Source: Phoronis australis (taxonomy: Eukaryota; Animalia; Phoronida). From it: a stretch of DNA of 64,000 nt. Every line of letters starts with the position of its first letter. Within the stretch, counting starts at the first letter, position 1. The notes beneath the pieces are model-generated. The model was given only the letters and a program-made list of their open reading frames with translations. It was not told the origin of the DNA and searched no databases. This document shows positions 60,901 to 64,000 of this stretch, piece by piece. The stretch is from assembly GCA_002633005.1 (NCBI GenBank), contig NMRA01000121.1:470434-534433 (forward strand). Direction: 5' to 3'. Position numbers and translations under genes: made by a program.

Positions 60901-63870
60901 AGCCAAGATTAGTTTCGATACACAATATACAAACATTTGATTCAAATTGAATGTTAGCCGTTTCATTCGCCAAACTCTAATTCAATGAACTTTAAGTGGT
61001 AAAATTGTTTCTCGTATGCAAATGAAACATACGTAAAGACATACTTACTCACTACCAGTACCAATTGACACATAGGTAATTTCGTTTGTTCTGTATGGAA
61101 ATCTCAAACAAGTCAAATTCTGCCAGTGATAAATGGTGTCCCAAACCATGTTACGTGACGAGGCCTCTTTGAATGGTCGTTTTTCGTCGAATTTCCATGG
61201 CACAACGGCGTTTGGCCAAGTGTTGACGCCTGTGCCCGCTTTCCGTTTCGAGTTTGCCCCCTGTAATTAAACAATAGTTTGGGTAGACTTTGATAAGCGC
61301 TACGCCGACTTTTATCTTTTTTACTAAGGTCCCCTCTCTACGTTCTCCGTGTAGTCTCTTGAGCCTCTGTGTCTCAGATTCTGTCGTTCTCCCTATATCC
61401 TAAATTCCATATTGTTCTTATTGATTCTTACGCTAGTTTTACCAATGAAACCCATATTTCAATCTGCGGCTCACCCTTCCTTTCTCTCTTCAGTTCCCGT
61501 TTTTGTCGCCTTTCTGTCTCTAATTAGTTTTTTTCATTCTAAACGCTCAAGCATTAAGTTCCTGCTTAGCTATGGCTAGTAAACTTGTGAAATAGGCGGA
61601 CTGATACAGACCAACTGGATTGAACAACCCTCTCAAAATCGGAAATATCACGACATTGCTTTTTGTCTGCCCATGCTTGGAAGCAAAACCTGGCGTGCGT
61701 TCAGTAACGCTAGGACCTACACTAGGACCTGGCTAAAATCTAGCAAAAGTCACGTGATCTCATTTAAAATGCACGGTAATATCTCACGTAATCTCGCGAA
61801 GTCTTGCTTTTTACCGAGGTCCTAGCGTTACTGAACGGGAGGTTGGTTTGTTATCCATGCTTAGGTTAAGAAGGGAGTGGCCATAGTCCGTACAAACAAG
61901 ATATCTCAATAAAGTACCTTTCCTGGAGCAGGACCATTCTCATTGACAGTTTCGTCAGGGTTGGATGGTTGTGATCCCGTCTGAAAATATTAGAGTTTGA
62001 GTTAGAACCAAGCATATTTCAGCCAACAGTAGGCTACGCCCAATGGTGTTGGACAATTATTTGAAATACAGACATCAAATACAGACATCATTAAAGGAGA
62101 ATGCCACCCAAAAAACAACCTAATTTGCATCAATTTATATTGAGTAGTTCTACTCGACAACAGCACGTTCGGTTGCGTTACCTGACACCTGACGGCAGAC
62201 GGAGGTATTGAAATTATCCAATGACGTAATTGCTTTCACACGCAGTCTGTTCAGCAGATCACAACACGGGTTACTGGTGTCAGCTTATCGCTTGAATTCA
62301 TCGTTTAACACCAATAAATCGTCAAACTTCGATGTAAAACCCTTAAACATACACCGAGGTCTTGTAAAAACGTGTTGTTTTATTTCGCTGTTACAGATTT
62401 ACTGGTATTTGGACACACCCTAGCCTACAAAGTTCGGCAGGCCAATTTACTAATTGGTCCGTAACACTGAGGAGTTTGGGGTCTGTTTGGAGATAAATTC
62501 TAAGCAATTTTCCGTGAAATACAGGCAGGGGAACCTAGATCTGTGTTGTTATACTTGTGATTTTTTGAGTTCTAAACACACAAATGCTTGTTATCCGGCC
62601 GGCCAGTGGCTCGAAACCCGATCAGGCCCGTCGCAGCCGCCGGGACTGGCACGAACAAAAACCAATTTCAGTAGGAAACTAAACCTCCAGTCACGAAAAG
62701 CTATAATAGTGAGCCCAAGAAATAATGTGCACGTAATTATTTATGTAAAATAGCCACGAAACTGAAAATCTACTCACTTGTCGGGGCCGCGATGTCGGGT
62801 TCCCCTTCCACAGACCGTCAGGGCAAAGGTTGTACAGAAACAATGATTTAAATAATGTATTTGTATTTCTAAATAAAGATTCCTCTAACATGTGACCAGA
62901 GCATATAAAATCGAGTAATTGGTTCACAACAGCTTTCTGTCAGCAAACAGTGAATTATCTTGCGCTCAGACGACCTCGGTGCCCGGTCAATTACCTTTGT
63001 TGCCGGCATCAAAATCCGGTAACCGGCAGTGGTTTATTCATTGCTGGCTTCTCAAAACATTTGCTCTCACGAGCACTCCAAGGCATTACAAATTGTGTCT
63101 AATGAGACAGACTTTGTTTTTGTTTCATATAAGCATTGCTTAGGAAGAGAATAATTCATTTTGAAACAGAACACCGAATAATAAATGTCTACTAATAAAC
63201 GGCAACTTGCCACGGGCCAACTGAATCAGCTCAGGCGACGAAGACTTCACGGGTTGGATCATTAGTTTTCTCAGGCTATCAATTCGAACCGGAATACACA
63301 GATCAAGAAATACTAGAGAGACGCCGTGAACATGCACAGGCAACGGAACGTATGGATATGGTAAGCCGAATTTGTCAAAGAAATCACCGTCGACGAAATG
63401 CCGGCCACAAACACGGAGATGTTTCACGGCCTCATACTTGCTATTAACAGCATTTCACTACCGCGAGCCACTTCCTAAGCATTTCGAGCTCTCGAGGAAG
63501 TCGAAAAAACGATATACCCGTTTTCTTTGCAGTTTCGTAGTTGGGAAAAGCAGGAACGATGCACCGCAATATAGCGGCATTCACTCTGCAGACGAACCAC
63601 TGACGTCACTGCGTCGTTTCTCACCTTCCTCACAGGTTAACGCGACACCTCTCAAGAAGGTAAGGGCGACCCTATGAGGCGATGTGGATATAGATCTATT
63701 AAGACGGTAAAAAGACTAATTAAATCGGGTGGTATTCTCCTTTAAAACTACTCTCTGTCGGAGTCTAATATGCCACAGCCTATACAATGTTGTTGTTGAT
63801 GACGCAGTTCTTTACTTACTTGGCCTCCACCAGGCAGCTCAATCACAACTTCCCCGTCATTGCGTTTTTC
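45837..63870 (-). CDS. Spliced gene: astacin (M12A) zinc metalloprotease, Astacin-EGF-CUB-MAM-MAM; 5' end outside the window
   Basis: Exons 63820-63870 (uncertain), 61918-61980, 61049-61260, 59010-59079, 58266-58457, 57146-57272, 55547-55666, 54831-54949, 54373-54503, 53551-53699, 50048-50133, 49768-49786, 49472-49552, 48971-49146, 48421-48559, 47324-47415, 46747-46879, 46204-46382, 45837-45923; all phase-consistent. Zinc motif [19 protein letters not shown]; Met-turn SNMQY. Confidence 0.88.
46204..46382 (-). CDS. Astacin gene: MAM2 exon
   Basis: SYCFSLSYNMNGDDIGLLEV...IWRKEGKQGNVWIPVRF. Confidence 0.87.
46747..46879 (-). CDS. Astacin gene: MAM2 exon
   Basis: GTTPTKNTGPNGGAGGSTRYLYAEMTG...IESPLIT. 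Confidence 0.87.
47324..47415 (-). CDS. Astacin gene: MAM2 start exon
   Basis: DVSCDFENGDMCKWKLPSSGMNVIKWIVNS. Confidence 0.87.
47458..47641. repeat. Imperfect inverted repeat (arms of about 74 bp)
   Basis: 47458-47531 pairs with 47569-47641. Confidence 0.75.
48421..48559 (-). CDS. Astacin gene: MAM1 end and linker
   Basis: IKFEGTFTASYQSGIVFDEVSMLLGSCG...PPTTPLT. Confidence 0.85.
48971..49146 (-). CDS. Astacin gene: MAM1 exon
   Basis: TYCFKFKWVMFGSDPGNLKV...LWSTAGEKSTSWQ. Confidence 0.87.
49472..49552 (-). CDS. Astacin gene: MAM1 exon
   Basis: GTAYVYGWGSPAKPGATAVLSTLFIP; weak AAG acceptor, strong donor. Confidence 0.65.
50048..50133 (-). CDS. Astacin gene: MAM1 start exon
   Basis: KLVNCNFDRSICHWQQNKDDDRDWTKYK. 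Confidence 0.87.
50439..51058 (-). mobile_element. TTAA-flanked non-autonomous Kolobok-type DNA transposon carrying a THAP ORF
   Basis: TTAA|AGAGTCCCCACCATG ... CATGGTGAGAAGTCT|TTAA; ORF 50581-50829 MKRCVCGGCSNS...KWHRFVR...LCSAHFKESCF. Confidence 0.75.
52010..52191 (-). pseudogene. Decayed THAP-domain fragment
   Basis: MLAKFYWPCCGCNST.../VRFLAFPSSMRDK*IRS*WVKQIRRINFE. Confidence 0.45.
53551..53699 (-). CDS. Astacin gene: CUB end exon
   Basis: YCGSF...EIMLTFNTHGGGTPRKGFSFTARA. Confidence 0.85.
54373..54503 (-). CDS. Astacin gene: CUB middle exon
   Basis: GIILTFEDFELDEDPSSRRCRHSLEI. Confidence 0.85.
54831..54949 (-). CDS. Astacin gene: CUB start exon
   Basis: CGGVFTL...IQSPNYPNNYDLNKICVYVIK. 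Confidence 0.88.
55547..55666 (-). CDS. Astacin gene: EGF-like exon
   Basis: CTNQCENHGYPFKEGGICICKCPKGLTGKC. Confidence 0.85.
56450..56955 (+). mobile_element. RLE-type (Hero/NeSL-like) non-LTR retrotransposon remnant
   Basis: AGLGQQDTWTQ*...SVLLRSVHGILPTPTNL...CLK*GNIEQILSSC...LTWRHSQVLRE: decayed CCHC knuckle and RH motif. Confidence 0.7.
57146..57272 (-). CDS. Astacin gene: catalytic domain C-terminal exon
   Basis: AFSKNGRPTI...VGSRSGLTFYDVKMANLLYNC. Confidence 0.9.
58266..58457 (-). CDS. Astacin gene: zinc-binding exon
   Basis: [34 protein letters not shown]...YDLTSNMQYS. Confidence 0.94.
59010..59079 (-). CDS. Astacin gene: catalytic domain exon
   Basis: CSCHVGMLYAEQQLVLNEANCMH; phase 2 to 0. 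Confidence 0.85.
61049..61260 (-). CDS. Astacin gene: maturation site and catalytic N-terminus
   Basis: NSKRKAGTGVNTWPNAVVPW...HWQNLTCLRFPYRTNEITYVSI. Confidence 0.9.
61689..61842. mobile_element. MITE family copy (inverted relative to 21461-21616)
   Basis: cgttcagtaacgctaggacct ... aggtcctagcgttactgaacg TIRs. Confidence 0.8.
61918..61980 (-). CDS. Astacin gene: probable prodomain exon
   Basis: ttttcag|TGSQPSNPDETVNENGPAPGK|gtac; phase 0-0. Confidence 0.6.
62095..63741 (-). mobile_element. TTAA-flanked Kolobok-type DNA transposon with decayed THAP ORF
   Basis: TTAA|AGGAGAATGCCACCC ... GGGTGGTATTCTCCT|TTAA; frameshifted MPLYC.../TGISFFRLPRELEMLRKWLAVVK/...HLRVCGRHFVDGDF at ~63340-63580. Confidence 0.78.
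63820..63870 (-). CDS. Astacin gene: possible prodomain exon
   Basis: ttccag|EKRNDGEVVIELPGGGQ|gtaagt; phase 0-0. Confidence 0.45.
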
Positions 63871-64000
63871 CTGGAATGTCAAGATTTTTTGTTCAATGTC
63901 TCAAAAACCATTTGAAAGCAATCCATCAAGAGTTCGAGATTGTGGTGGGAGGTTGAGGCACGATATCAACTATTCTATGAACGCAGCAAAAGCTTCCTTT

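Noticed and set aside
62778-62830. Exon-like segment with a gtgagt donor upstream of the astacin prodomain exon
   Set aside because: Lies inside the TTAA-flanked transposon and has no clear acceptor.

Overview
Eukaryotic, AT-rich, intron- and repeat-rich window, most consistent with a marine invertebrate; it has two assembly gaps. Manual splicing with GT-AG sites and phase checks gives three co-oriented minus-strand genes. (1) A 20-exon gene of about 1,257 aa (72-26938) encoding a cholesterol-oxidase-like GMC flavoprotein fused to an alpha/beta-hydrolase, an architecture best known from bacteria and fungi. It carries a CxxCxxCxxxC motif, a Cys nucleophile elbow (HCMG) and a probable dual-acylation N-terminus (MGCSPS). 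(2) A Sushi-Sushi-C-type-lectin exon set (33687-42061) with apparently decayed exons. (3) An astacin metalloprotease with Astacin-EGF-CUB-MAM-MAM architecture (45837 to at least 63870; the 5' end lies beyond the window). Introns and intergenic DNA contain a Penelope-like 3' fragment with an intact minimal hammerhead ribozyme and a 12-bp TSD, and a perfect 129-bp-arm palindrome with a variant hammerhead in each arm. They also contain TTAA-flanked THAP-carrying (Kolobok-type) elements, Helitron and RLE (Hero/NeSL-like) retrotransposon remnants, a tRNA-like SINE head and several MITE families. All family calls come from motif recognition by eye; no database search was run.
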